61,682 bases of DNA from a bacterium (GCA_026394215.1 JAPKYR010000193.1:1-61682), one strand, 5' to 3'. Positions 17,774 through 27,346 are shown, counted from the first letter of the stretch. Notes: generated from the sequence alone by a model not told the origin. Numbers and translations are program-made.

Positions 17774-20700
17774 ATGTTGAAATTATTTTCAATTGACGAT
17801 CTCAGGAATTTACGCGAAATTATCACCAGCGATATTGATATAAAAAAACCCTGCATAAATATCTGCGGTGAAACAGCTTGTCTTGCCAGCGAGGCGAATC
17901 TGATTGTCCGGGCTGCCAAAGGGCATATCCTCGGAAAGCGTTTGCACGATAAGATTTCACTGCGCATTACAGGTTGCCATGGATTCTGCGAGATGGGTCC
18001 AACCATCGTTACCGAACCGCAGAACGCATTTTACGTTAAGGTCAAGTCTGAAGATGTTCCACGGATTATCGATGCGACATTGAAGAATAAATATGTTGAT
18101 GAACTGCTGTACACAGACCCAAAATCCGGAACGAAATATTATTCGCAGAATGAAATCCCATTCTTCAAGAATCAGAAACGAACGGTATTCAGTAGAAACC
18201 AGAAAATTGATCCAATAAGAATTTATGATTATATCGCCAGCGGAGGCTACCTGGCTATCGAGAAAGTCCTCAGTGGCATGACAAGGGAACAGGTCGTCAA
18301 CGAAATAAAGAATTCAGGTCTACGAGGTCGCGGCGGAGCCGGTTTCCCGACCGGATTGAAATGGGAAATGCTGGCAAAACAGCCATCCGATGAGGGTAAA
18401 TACATAGTTTGTAACGCTGATGAGGGGGATCCCGGTGCCTATATGGACAGGAGCCTTCTTGAGGGCAACCCGCATGGAGTCATCGAGGGTATGTTAATAG
18501 GCGCATTCGCCACCGGCGCCACAAAAGCGATTGTTTATGTCCGAAATGAATACCCTATGGCGATCAAGCATCTGATTATCGCTTTAAGCCAGGCTCGGGA
18601 TCTTGGGCTCATTGGAGAAAATATTCTCGGAACCGATTTCAGCCTTGATTTTGAAGTTGTAAAGGGCGCGGGCGCGTTTGTATGCGGCGAGGAAACCGCC
18701 CTGATGAGGTCAGTCGAGGGAAAAGTGGGAGAACCGCGTCAGCGTCCTCCCTTCCCGGTTGAAAAGGGAATCTACGGCAAACCCACAGCGATTAATAACG
18801 TGGAAACATGGGCCAACATTCCCATTATTATTGAGAAAGGGGCGTCGGAGTACGCAAAGATCGGTACTAAGGGAAATTCGGGAACAAAGATTTTCAGCCT
18901 TGTGGGAAAAATCAAAAATACCGGGCTTGTCGAAGTCCCGATGGGCATTACAATCAAAAAGATTGTATATGACATCGGCGGCGGATCCATTGGGAATGCC
19001 AGGATAAAAGCAGTTCAAACTGGTGGGCCATCGGGAGGATGCATCCCGGCTGATAAGTTCGATCTACATATCGATTATGACAGTCTGGCTCAGGCGGGTT
19101 CGATCATGGGCTCAGGCGGCATGATCGTAATGGACGAAAAGACATGCATGGTCGATGTCGCCAAATATTTCATGAATTTCCTCAAGAGCGAATCCTGCGG
19201 GAAGTGTTTCACCTGTCGTAAGGGTACGCAGCGGATGTATGAGCTGCTGGATGAGATCACCAGGGGGCAGGGAACCATGGAGAAACTGGATCTCCTTGAG
19301 GAACTCGCCCTGGCCGTTAAAGATACGACAATGTGCGGGCTGGGACAGACAGCATCCAATCCAGTCTTATCAACACTTAAATATTTCCACGACGAATATG
19401 TACAGCATATTATTTACAAGAGATGTCCGGCGGGTGTCTGCACGGAACTTGTCGGGGCACCATGCCAGAACGCATGTCCGGTCGGAACAGAGGCATGGCG
19501 CTATGTCGCTCTGATTGAAAAGGGTGAATACGAGGAAGCCTATAAAGTCATCAGGGCTCCAAACCCATTCCCATCGGTATGCGCCAGAGTCTGCGATCAT
19601 AAGTGCGAAGCGAATTGCCGCCTTGGCACAACCGGCGGGCAACCGATCGCGGTAAGGGCTTTGAAGCGTTTTATCACCGATACGGTCGATCCATCCGTTT
19701 ACAATTCGGAAAAATTCATTCCCGCCGGCGAAGATTCGCGAAGGATTGCGGTTATCGGAGCGGGGCCTTCAGGGCTTACCGCAGCATATTACCTCTCTCT
19801 CGACGGATACAGGGTGTCTGTATTTGAATCCGAGGACAGGCCTGGCGGTATGCTTGCCTGCGGCATCCCGGAATACCGGCTTCCCAGAAATATTCTTGAG
19901 AAGGAAATAGACGCCCTTCTTAACGAAAATATCAAACTTGAATGCAATAAAGCCCTCGGCCGTGATTTCACGGTTGACGGTCTCTTTAAGGACGGATTCG
20001 ACGCGGTGTTCCTGTCGATGGGTGCCCATAAATCAAGGACGCTTGAATTCGGAGCAGATAGCGCACCCCATGTTTTCTCATCGATCAATTTCCTGAAAGC
20101 ATATAATCTAAGAGGCGAATTCCTTGCAAAGGGCAGGGTTGGTGTTATTGGAGGAGGCAATTCGGCGGTCGATGCGGCCAGAGCCGCCTTCCGCCAGCCG
20201 GACGTCCAGAATGTCGTCATCCTTTATCGCAGAACGATAAATGAGATGCCTGCGTATGAGGAAGAGATAAAAGCCGCTCTCGAAGAGGGCGTTGAGATCA
20301 GGGAACTTGTCACTCCGGGATCGATCTTCACACAAAACGGTAAACTTACCGGGATCGAGTGTTTCCAGAATGTCCTTGGCGATATCGACGCAAGCGGCAG
20401 ACGTCAGCCAGTTTTGAATAAAAGCAAGAAGACCCTCGTTTCTTTTGACACTCTGATTGTCGGCATTGGCGAGCATCCTGACACCGGATTCCTTAAAGAA
20501 ATGGAAATTGCGATCGATTCCGATGGCAAACCGATTATCGATCCCGATACCCTTGCCACATCCAGGGAAGGCGTGTTCGCGGGAGGCGACCTGGTCACAG
20601 GTTCCAGCACCGTTATCGGAGCTATCGCGATGGGGAAAAAGGCGGCGTTGGTAATTGGCCGGTATCTCAGAAATGAGGAACTCTGGCAGACGCCCGAAAT

Positions 20701-20944
20701 CAGGCTTCCTGATTTCTTCCTGGAACCATCCCCGGAAAGCGATGTAGAGACGGATATGGAATTACCGAGGATTGAGATACCGGAAATCCCGGTGGAATCT
20801 CGCGCCGATAATTTCAGCGAAGTTGAAAGGACGATTTCACGGGAAGCTGCCAAAGTGGAGTGCGGAAGATGTTTGCGCTGCGATCTGGCATTTACGCAGA
20901 AGCGGGAAGACGAAATAGCTGCTGTTGGTGATAAAGCGAAATGA
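17774..20944 (+). CDS. fusion protein: NuoF/HydB-type NADH-FMN-FeS subunit + GltD/NfnB-type FAD/NAD(P)H oxidoreductase
   Basis: N-terminal Trx-like 2Fe-2S domain (ITGCHGFCEMGP). NuoF core (GLRGRGGAGFPTGLKW, CNADEGDPGAYMDR, ESCGKCFTCRKG). GltD-type FeS region (CQNACPVGTEAWRY, CARVCDHKCEANCR) and Rossmann folds (RIAVIGAGPSGLTAAYYL, VGVIGGGNSAVDAA). RBS GGAGGA. 1056 aa. Confidence 0.85.
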   Translation: MLKLFSIDDLRNLREIITSDIDIKKPCINICGETACLASEANLIVRAAKGHILGKRLHDKISLRITGCHGFCEMGPTIVTEPQNAFYVKVKSEDVPRIIDATLKNKYVDELLYTDPKSGTKYYSQNEIPFFKNQKRTVFSRNQKIDPIRIYDYIASGGYLAIEKVLSGMTREQVVNEIKNSGLRGRGGAGFPTGLKWEMLAKQPSDEGKYIVCNADEGDPGAYMDRSLLEGNPHGVIEGMLIGAFATGATKAIVYVRNEYPMAIKHLIIALSQARDLGLIGENILGTDFSLDFEVVKGAGAFVCGEETALMRSVEGKVGEPRQRPPFPVEKGIYGKPTAINNVETWANIPIIIEKGASEYAKIGTKGNSGTKIFSLVGKIKNTGLVEVPMGITIKKIVYDIGGGSIGNARIKAVQTGGPSGGCIPADKFDLHIDYDSLAQAGSIMGSGGMIVMDEKTCMVDVAKYFMNFLKSESCGKCFTCRKGTQRMYELLDEITRGQGTMEKLDLLEELALAVKDTTMCGLGQTASNPVLSTLKYFHDEYVQHIIYKRCPAGVCTELVGAPCQNACPVGTEAWRYVALIEKGEYEEAYKVIRAPNPFPSVCARVCDHKCEANCRLGTTGGQPIAVRALKRFITDTVDPSVYNSEKFIPAGEDSRRIAVIGAGPSGLTAAYYLSLDGYRVSVFESEDRPGGMLACGIPEYRLPRNILEKEIDALLNENIKLECNKALGRDFTVDGLFKDGFDAVFLSMGAHKSRTLEFGADSAPHVFSSINFLKAYNLRGEFLAKGRVGVIGGGNSAVDAARAAFRQPDVQNVVILYRRTINEMPAYEEEIKAALEEGVEIRELVTPGSIFTQNGKLTGIECFQNVLGDIDASGRRQPVLNKSKKTLVSFDTLIVGIGEHPDTGFLKEMEIAIDSDGKPIIDPDTLATSREGVFAGGDLVTGSSTVIGAIAMGKKAALVIGRYLRNEELWQTPEIRLPDFFLEPSPESDVETDMELPRIEIPEIPVESRADNFSEVERTISREAAKVECGRCLRCDLAFTQKREDEIAAVGDKAK

Positions 20945-21618
20945 TTAACCTGATAATAAACGGCCTTGATGTCCACGTACCTGAAGGCTCGACTGTTCTT
21001 GAAGCCGCCAGATTTCTTGGATTTCCTATCCCCACGCTTTGCTATCTGGAGAGTCTGTCGCCATACGGCGCATGCAGGCTTTGTGTGGTGGAAATTGGAG
21101 AAGGCGCCAGGGCCAAACTCGTATCGTCCTGCACCTATCCTGCGACTGAGGGCCTTAAAGTCAGGACCTCGTCAGAGAGGGTAGTAAAAGCGAGACGAAT
21201 GGTAATAGAGCTGCTTCTTGCCACATGTCCGCAATCGAAGACCATTCAGGATCTTGCATCGGCTCATAATGTCCGCCGGCAAAGGTTCAGGCAGGAGCAC
21301 GAGGACTGCATCTTGTGCGGCCTTTGCACCCGAATGTGCGAGGAACAGATGATGGCAAAGGCAATAGGATTCAGAGGACGCGGCGAAAGTCGAAGCATCG
21401 GGACGCCGTTCGATATCGAATCCGAAGTGTGCCGTCGCTGCGGCGGATGCATGTATGTCTGCCCGGCATGCCAGTTAAGGTGCACCTTTACTAACCCCGA
21501 AAAGGCGATTTGCGGAGGGTGCGCGAATCTCGCGCCCCCCTGCGTTGAGAAAGACCAGTTTAAAGACCTTATGTGCTACATGGATCCCTGTGTGGCATGC
21601 GAAATAAAAAAGGATTGA
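20941..21618 (+). CDS. 2Fe-2S + 4Fe-4S ferredoxin-like protein (NuoG/HydA N-terminal-type)
   Basis: MINLIINGLDVHVPEGSTVLEAAR...CRLCVVEI is the plant-type 2Fe-2S N-domain of NuoG/HydA. It is followed by CILCGLCTRMC and CRRCGGCMYVCP cluster motifs. The start overlaps the upstream stop (ATGA). Confidence 0.75.
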   Translation: MINLIINGLDVHVPEGSTVLEAARFLGFPIPTLCYLESLSPYGACRLCVVEIGEGARAKLVSSCTYPATEGLKVRTSSERVVKARRMVIELLLATCPQSKTIQDLASAHNVRRQRFRQEHEDCILCGLCTRMCEEQMMAKAIGFRGRGESRSIGTPFDIESEVCRRCGGCMYVCPACQLRCTFTNPEKAICGGCANLAPPCVEKDQFKDLMCYMDPCVACEIKKD

Positions 21619-21638
21619 CAAGAATCAAGGAGATAAAG

Positions 21639-23249
21639 ATGTCGTATTCTAGAGTTAATTCCTCTGCCGCTACCCTGACTAAAAATCGTACCGAAGAATC
21701 CATTACCCCGTCGTCAGGGATGTGCGTAACCTGCGTTGACGGGTGTATAGGGATGTGTGAAATCGGTAAGTCCGCGTATCGCGGGCATGAGGTAATTTAC
21801 CCGCAGCCATTCGGGGTCATAACGACCGCAGCGGAAAAAACCTACCCTGTCGACTATTCGCATTTCAATATTATGGGCACTGCGGTTGGCGCCCATGGTA
21901 TTGAAGCCGATAGTGACAAAGCCATATTCCCGGCGGTGAACCTCGAAGTTGCCTTTGGCCACGACAAGGATATCAAATTCCGCATGCCGTTCATGATCCC
22001 GGGGATTGGCTCCACAAATATCGCCAAGAACAACTGGGAAGGTTTAGCCATCGGTACTGCACTTGCAGGAACCGGACTTACCATCGGCGAGAACGTCGTC
22101 GGGATGGACCCCCAGACGGTCATGAAAAACGGCCATGTTATAGATACTGTAGACATGAAACGCAGGGTTAAGCTGTTTATGGATCACCAGCGCGATGGTT
22201 ATGGGGCTATCATTGTCCAGGCTAACGTTGAAGATACCCGCCTGGGTGCTCAGGAATACGCAATTCAACAACTTGGTGTCAAGTGCGTCGAGCTTAAATG
22301 GGGTCAGGGCGCGAAGGACATCGGGGGCGAAGTTAAAATCGCCGACCTGAAGAAAGCGCAGCTTCTCCATGAGCGAGGCTATATCGTCCTCCCGAATCCC
22401 ACCGATCCTTACGTTATCCAGGCTTTTGAAAAGGGAGCTTTTACCGAGTTCGAACGCCATTCCAGAGTCGGCATGGTCACAGAGGAATCATTCGCTAAAA
22501 GAGTCGAGGAACTTCGAGCCGCCGGTGCTAAATACGTTTTCCTTAAGACTGGCGCTTATCGCCCCGCAGACCTTGCCCGGGCTATCAAGTTTGCCTCCAA
22601 ATATAAATTAGACCTTCTGACCGTTGACGCAGCGGGCGGCGGCACTGGCATGAGCCCCTGGCGCATGATGAATGAATGGGGTATCCCACCGGTCGAAATA
22701 CATTCGCTTTTGTATCAATACGCCAAACGTCTTCACGATGCCGGTGAATATCTTCCCGCGATCGCTGTCGCAGGCGGATTCACATTTGAGGACCTGATTT
22801 TCAAAGGGCTTGCCATGGGCGCTCCATTTGTCAAGCTTGTCGGTATGGCGCGCGGTCCTATCGCCGCTGCGATGGTCGGTAAAACCATCGGAAAAACCAT
22901 CGATGAGCATCAGGTTCCCGTGTATGTCGAGCGTTTCGGCACCACGAAGGACAAGATATTCGTCACCGCTGCGCACCTTCGAAAGGAGCTTGGCGATGCA
23001 GAATTTGAAAAACTCCCGACCGGCGCTATCGGTCTCTATACATATTATGAACGGTTGGCACAGGGCCTTCGCCAGATGATGGCCGGTAGCAGAAGATTTG
23101 CCTTAGAATATATGTCGCGGGATGATCTGGCTGCACTCACTCCACAGGCTGCCCAGATCAGCGGTATCAGGTATATCATGGATGTCGATAAGGAAGAAGT
23201 GGATAAAATACTTAATGTTGCAGCTGCACCCGTTAAAGCCAGACACTGA
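21639..23249 (+). CDS. FMN-binding glutamate synthase family protein (GltB central-domain-like, no amidotransferase domain)
   Basis: ATG at 21639 with RBS AAGGAGA. The TIM-barrel FMN signature DAAGGGTGMSPW plus IAVAGGF are as in the GltB FMN domain. N-terminal Cys cluster CVTCVDGCIGMC. Confidence 0.8.
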   Translation: MSYSRVNSSAATLTKNRTEESITPSSGMCVTCVDGCIGMCEIGKSAYRGHEVIYPQPFGVITTAAEKTYPVDYSHFNIMGTAVGAHGIEADSDKAIFPAVNLEVAFGHDKDIKFRMPFMIPGIGSTNIAKNNWEGLAIGTALAGTGLTIGENVVGMDPQTVMKNGHVIDTVDMKRRVKLFMDHQRDGYGAIIVQANVEDTRLGAQEYAIQQLGVKCVELKWGQGAKDIGGEVKIADLKKAQLLHERGYIVLPNPTDPYVIQAFEKGAFTEFERHSRVGMVTEESFAKRVEELRAAGAKYVFLKTGAYRPADLARAIKFASKYKLDLLTVDAAGGGTGMSPWRMMNEWGIPPVEIHSLLYQYAKRLHDAGEYLPAIAVAGGFTFEDLIFKGLAMGAPFVKLVGMARGPIAAAMVGKTIGKTIDEHQVPVYVERFGTTKDKIFVTAAHLRKELGDAEFEKLPTGAIGLYTYYERLAQGLRQMMAGSRRFALEYMSRDDLAALTPQAAQISGIRYIMDVDKEEVDKILNVAAAPVKARH

Positions 23250-23268
23250 CATGCTACTTTCTCTATAG

Positions 23269-23309
23269 GGCTGGGAAAATAATTGCATTTCCCCAGCCTT
23301 TCTTTTTTT
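23269..23309 (+). terminator. Rho-independent terminator
   Basis: GGCTGGG-loop-CCCAGCC followed by TTTCTTTTTTT, 20 nt after the operon's last stop codon. Confidence 0.75.
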
Positions 23310-23340
23310 AGTTCAATATACCTGAAAATGGATTTGTAAA

Positions 23341-23431
23341 CCGTGGCATGCGACTCCGGCGCATGGATTCACGTATCATGCGACTCCGGCGAATGAGATG
23401 GGAATTCATGCACCGGAGTCGCATGCCACGG
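23341..23431. repeat. complex palindrome with an internal direct repeat (possible alternative hairpins)
   Basis: CCGTGGCATGCGACTCCGGCGCATG (23341-23365) pairs with CATGCACCGGAGTCGCATGCCACGG (23407-23431). A second copy of CATGCGACTCCGGCGAATG lies at 23377-23395. Confidence 0.6.
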
Positions 23432-23530
23432 CATAGATTTACTGTACTATTCGACACCTGCTGTTGCCTATCTCTTTACTCATTGCTATATTGACCGTGT
23501 TGTGAAGTTGGACGGTGGATGTAAATATCA

Positions 23531-24367
23531 ATGAAAATTTTAATCACAAACGATGATGGAGTCCGCGCGCCGGGAATTATCGCGCTCGCCAGTGCGTTGA
23601 AGGAAATCGCAGATGTGATCCTTGTCGCGCCGGAATCGCAGCAGTCTGCTGTCGGGCATTCGATCACGCTTCATAAACCCCTTCGATGTGTGGAGCTTGA
23701 CAATTTCCCGATCGACGGGATCAAAGCGTTCAGCACGAACGGAACCCCGACCGATTCTATCCTCCTTGGAATTCACGCCGTTATCGGCGAAAAACCAGAC
23801 CTGGTGATTTCCGGAATTAACGGCGGCCCGAACCTTGGCGCCGATGTCACGTACTCCGGAACTGTCGCGGGGGCTCTTGAAGGCGTGGTCGCAGGGATTC
23901 CGTCCATTTCCTGCAGCATGGGCGGATTCGAAAATCTGGACTATAAAGGCTGCGCGGAATTCGTAAAAATCCTCGCACGGATAGTACATGAGGAATCTCT
24001 CCCCGACGGAATTCTCCTGAATATAAACTACCCGAACATACCGGAGGAAGAAATCAAGGGGATTAAAATCACAAGGCTCGGGCAGCGATGGTACGACGAT
24101 GTTGTCCATGAGAGGGTCGATCCGAGGGGGCGGAAATATTACTGGATCACAGGCAAGAAAGTGCTGTACGGCAGGCAGGAAGGGACGGATTCGCATGAAA
24201 TTGAAAATGGTTTCATATCGATTACTCCCCTTGGTCTCGATATTACCAGCATCGAATATCTGGTGAATGTCGCGGATATGTTATCCTGCTACACTGGCGT
24301 AAAAAGCGCAAATAAGAGCGGCTTGAAAATACCGTACGAGGTTTTTGGACCAACGGCATGTAAATGA
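23531..24367 (+). CDS. surE: 5'/3'-nucleotidase SurE
   Basis: MKILITNDDGVRAPGI...VAPESQQSAVGHSIT...SGINGGPNLG are canonical SurE motifs. Confidence 0.9.
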   Translation: MKILITNDDGVRAPGIIALASALKEIADVILVAPESQQSAVGHSITLHKPLRCVELDNFPIDGIKAFSTNGTPTDSILLGIHAVIGEKPDLVISGINGGPNLGADVTYSGTVAGALEGVVAGIPSISCSMGGFENLDYKGCAEFVKILARIVHEESLPDGILLNINYPNIPEEEIKGIKITRLGQRWYDDVVHERVDPRGRKYYWITGKKVLYGRQEGTDSHEIENGFISITPLGLDITSIEYLVNVADMLSCYTGVKSANKSGLKIPYEVFGPTACK

Positions 24368-24531
24368 AACTTTACTGTCCAAGGTGCGCTGTTGAGTTTG
24401 CGAAGGATCTCGCGCGATGTCCGGGATGCGGGTGGGATTTTCGCGCTCACAGAATCCCTGCTCGGGCGCGTAAATCTCGACGTCGAATAAACAACCCCCT
24501 CTACATTTTGGGTGACATCCTATGCCTTTAG
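24364..24531 (+). CDS. small zinc-ribbon protein (55 aa), hypothetical
   Basis: Below the ORF-track size cut-off. The ATG overlaps the surE stop (ATGA). The translation MKLYCPRCAVEFAKDLARCPGCGWDFRAH... has a CxxC...CxxC pattern followed by a basic tail. Confidence 0.4.
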   Translation: MKLYCPRCAVEFAKDLARCPGCGWDFRAHRIPARARKSRRRINNPLYILGDILCL

Positions 24532-24600
24532 GGGTATACTAACTTCCCCCAATTGTAGTGATTAAAAGGGGATGTTTTTTAATATGAGAGGAAATCCACC

Positions 24601-27201
24601 ATGGCGAGAATGAAAAAAATCAGGAAATCTCCGGAAGCTGTACTGGAAATCGATCTTACAAACTACCCGCTGCCTTCGGCTATACCGCCAGCCAGTCTGA
24701 AAGCAGACCAGTGCAGGTGGCGTATTGACCATAAGACCCTTGGTTTCAAAACAACAAATGATGTCAAACCGTTGACTACGCTGATCGGGCAACCCAGGGC
24801 GATCAAAGCACTCCAGCTCGGCGCCCAGATCAGGGGCAAGGGCTATAACGTTTTCGTCACCGGATTATCCGCCACAGGCCGATCCACAGCAGTGCAGAAT
24901 ATTTTCGGCAGCCTCGAAGTCAAAAATGTACTCCGCCATGATTACTGCTATGTAAATAATTTCAAAAATCCCGATGAGCCAAGGCTTCTGACACTTCCAG
25001 CGAATAAAGGGCATGTTTTTAAGACGGAAGTTACCGCGCTGATCGATAATCTGAAAAATATGATCCCGCACGCCCTTGACGATGATTCTATCCTGAATCG
25101 TAAAAGAATACTTGCTGAGGAGTATGCAAATAAGGAAGCTAAAATTTTCAAAACTCTGGAAGATAAAGTAGCCAAGGATGGATTCGCGCTGGTTCAGGTC
25201 CAGATGGGACCCTATACGCGTCCGGATGTCTTTCCGGTAATCGACGGCGAACCTGTCCCGCCAAACCAGGTCGGGAAAAAGGTCGAGGAAGGGAAGTATC
25301 CGGGCGATAAGCTGGACAGCCTTTACGAAAGGTACCAGGGTTTCAAGCTGGAGCTCCGGGCTGTGATGAAGCAGGTCAGGACCTTGAACAGGGAATTAGC
25401 CGACAAGACCACCGCTATCGACAAACAGGTTCTTGAGGAACTGTTGAAGGATTACTGCCAGGACCTTACTGAAAAATTCCAGCAGGAGTCGGTGGGAGAA
25501 TATCTTGGTGAAGTGCAGGATTTTATTATCGATCACACGGATATTTTCTCCACCGACGAATCCGAGCAGCCAAATTCACCTGTTCCGGCTCAACTGCAGA
25601 TTCCCAATCCGTTCGAAGAGATGACAAAATTGGATCCCTACAAGGTTTTCGAAGTGAATGTCATCCACGACAACGCGAAAGCCAAAAAAGCTCCTGTGGT
25701 GGTCGAGCACCATCCGAATTACCATAATCTTTTTGGGACAATCGAACGCGAGATGCGCTATGGGGGCTTATGGGCGACCGATTTTACCCAGATAAAGGGC
25801 GGAAGCCTTCTTAAGGCGGACGGTGGCTACCTGATTCTGAACGCGATGGATGTACTTCAGGAGCCTATGTCGTGGCGGACCCTGATGCGAACCCTGAAAA
25901 CCGGAAAGCTCCAGATTCAGGGGATGGATACGCTCCTTTCGATTGCTCCCGCGACAATTAAACCCGAGCCGATCGATATCAACGTAACGGTCATTCTCAT
26001 CGGGGACAGTTATCTTTACCATATGCTCAGTTACTATGAGGAGGATTTTCATCGGGTATTTAAGGTTCGAGCCGATTTCGACAGCCTTATGCCGCGCGGG
26101 AAAAAGGAAATCAGATATTATGCGGCTCTCGCGAGGAAGATGACGAACAATGAAAAAACGCTTCCGATGACAGCGAAGGCTATCGCGCGGCTATCCGAGC
26201 GCGGAGCGCGGCTTAGCGGTAGCGGCGACAAGATGAGCGCGCGGCTTGGACGGATCGCGGATATTATCAGGGAAGCAAACCAGCATGCGCTCAATAAGAA
26301 TTCAAAAGTAATAAATGATTCTCATGTAGAGGAGGCGATCTCTGAATCCGAATATCGCCAGGACCTTGTGCGCGAAAGGATCGATGAGGCGTTCGGCGAC
26401 GAAATATACATGATCGACACCGAGGGATACAGCGTCGGCCAGATTAACGGCCTGGCTGTTCATGACCTTGGAAATTTTGCGTTCGGACGTCCACAGCGAA
26501 TCACATGCGAAATTTCGATGGGCGACGCGGGGGTCGTTAATATCGAGAGGGAAGCAAAACTCTCCGGTTCAATTCACAACAAAGGGACAATGATTCTGGA
26601 AGGCTACCTCCGCCACCAGTACGGGATGGACGGCCCGATCAGCCTTTCAGCCAGCATCGCGTTTGAACAGTCTTATTCGAAAATCGACGGCGATTCCGCT
26701 TCGATCGCCGAAATCGCCGTTCTCTTAAGCGCATTGTCCGATTTGCCGCTTCGTCAGGACCTTGCCGTAACAGGCTCCATGAACCAGAAAGGCGAGGTGC
26801 AGCCTATCGGCGGCATAAATGAAAAAGTCGAAGGTTTCTTCAGAATATGCAAGATTAAAGGCCTCACTGGAACCCAGGGAGTAGTGATGCCGAAGTCGAA
26901 TGTCAAGGAGCTGATGTTGTCGGATGAGGTGCTCGCCGCAATCGCTGCCGGGACTTTCTCGATCTATCCTGTTACCACTGCGGATCAGGCGATTGAAATA
27001 TTTACGGGTGTTAAAGCGGGACGAAAACTTAAATCCGGTGGCTGGACAAAGGGCGGTATGCACGACCGCGTCGATATTACCCTTTCCGATATTTACTGGC
27101 GTTTGAAATCGGGCGCCGAAGAGCCTGAAGATCATGAACATGAAGAGGAAGAGAAAGAAAAGCCAAAAAAGAAACTTGCCGAGAAACGTAGAAAGAAATA
27201 A
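24601..27201 (+). CDS. Lon-like protease (LonB/LonC type: AAA-like domain with long helical insertion + S16 protease domain)
   Basis: S16 catalytic Ser context DGDSASIAE and Lys context IGGINEKVEG. Degenerate P-loop GLSATGRS (Arg in place of the Walker Lys). Long charged insertion. Highly charged tail EEPEDHEHEEEEKEKPKKKLAEKRRKK. Confidence 0.8.
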   Translation: MARMKKIRKSPEAVLEIDLTNYPLPSAIPPASLKADQCRWRIDHKTLGFKTTNDVKPLTTLIGQPRAIKALQLGAQIRGKGYNVFVTGLSATGRSTAVQNIFGSLEVKNVLRHDYCYVNNFKNPDEPRLLTLPANKGHVFKTEVTALIDNLKNMIPHALDDDSILNRKRILAEEYANKEAKIFKTLEDKVAKDGFALVQVQMGPYTRPDVFPVIDGEPVPPNQVGKKVEEGKYPGDKLDSLYERYQGFKLELRAVMKQVRTLNRELADKTTAIDKQVLEELLKDYCQDLTEKFQQESVGEYLGEVQDFIIDHTDIFSTDESEQPNSPVPAQLQIPNPFEEMTKLDPYKVFEVNVIHDNAKAKKAPVVVEHHPNYHNLFGTIEREMRYGGLWATDFTQIKGGSLLKADGGYLILNAMDVLQEPMSWRTLMRTLKTGKLQIQGMDTLLSIAPATIKPEPIDINVTVILIGDSYLYHMLSYYEEDFHRVFKVRADFDSLMPRGKKEIRYYAALARKMTNNEKTLPMTAKAIARLSERGARLSGSGDKMSARLGRIADIIREANQHALNKNSKVINDSHVEEAISESEYRQDLVRERIDEAFGDEIYMIDTEGYSVGQINGLAVHDLGNFAFGRPQRITCEISMGDAGVVNIEREAKLSGSIHNKGTMILEGYLRHQYGMDGPISLSASIAFEQSYSKIDGDSASIAEIAVLLSALSDLPLRQDLAVTGSMNQKGEVQPIGGINEKVEGFFRICKIKGLTGTQGVVMPKSNVKELMLSDEVLAAIAAGTFSIYPVTTADQAIEIFTGVKAGRKLKSGGWTKGGMHDRVDITLSDIYWRLKSGAEEPEDHEHEEEEKEKPKKKLAEKRRKK

Positions 27202-27346
27202 GGTTAATTTCAGTATAATTGTTATGTGATTCTATTAATGTGCTGGAAGCACATAACACTTTTGAACATCCGCTGGAAGAGACTGTCTCACAATTCGCAA
27301 ATATGTGATATAATATATACTATCAACTAAATTACCATAAAAGCCA

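Noticed and set aside
24601-27201. The Lon-like protease as BrxL of a BREX system
   Set aside because: No PglX, PglZ, BrxA, BrxB or BrxC-like genes are nearby. The neighbours are surE and an IS element.
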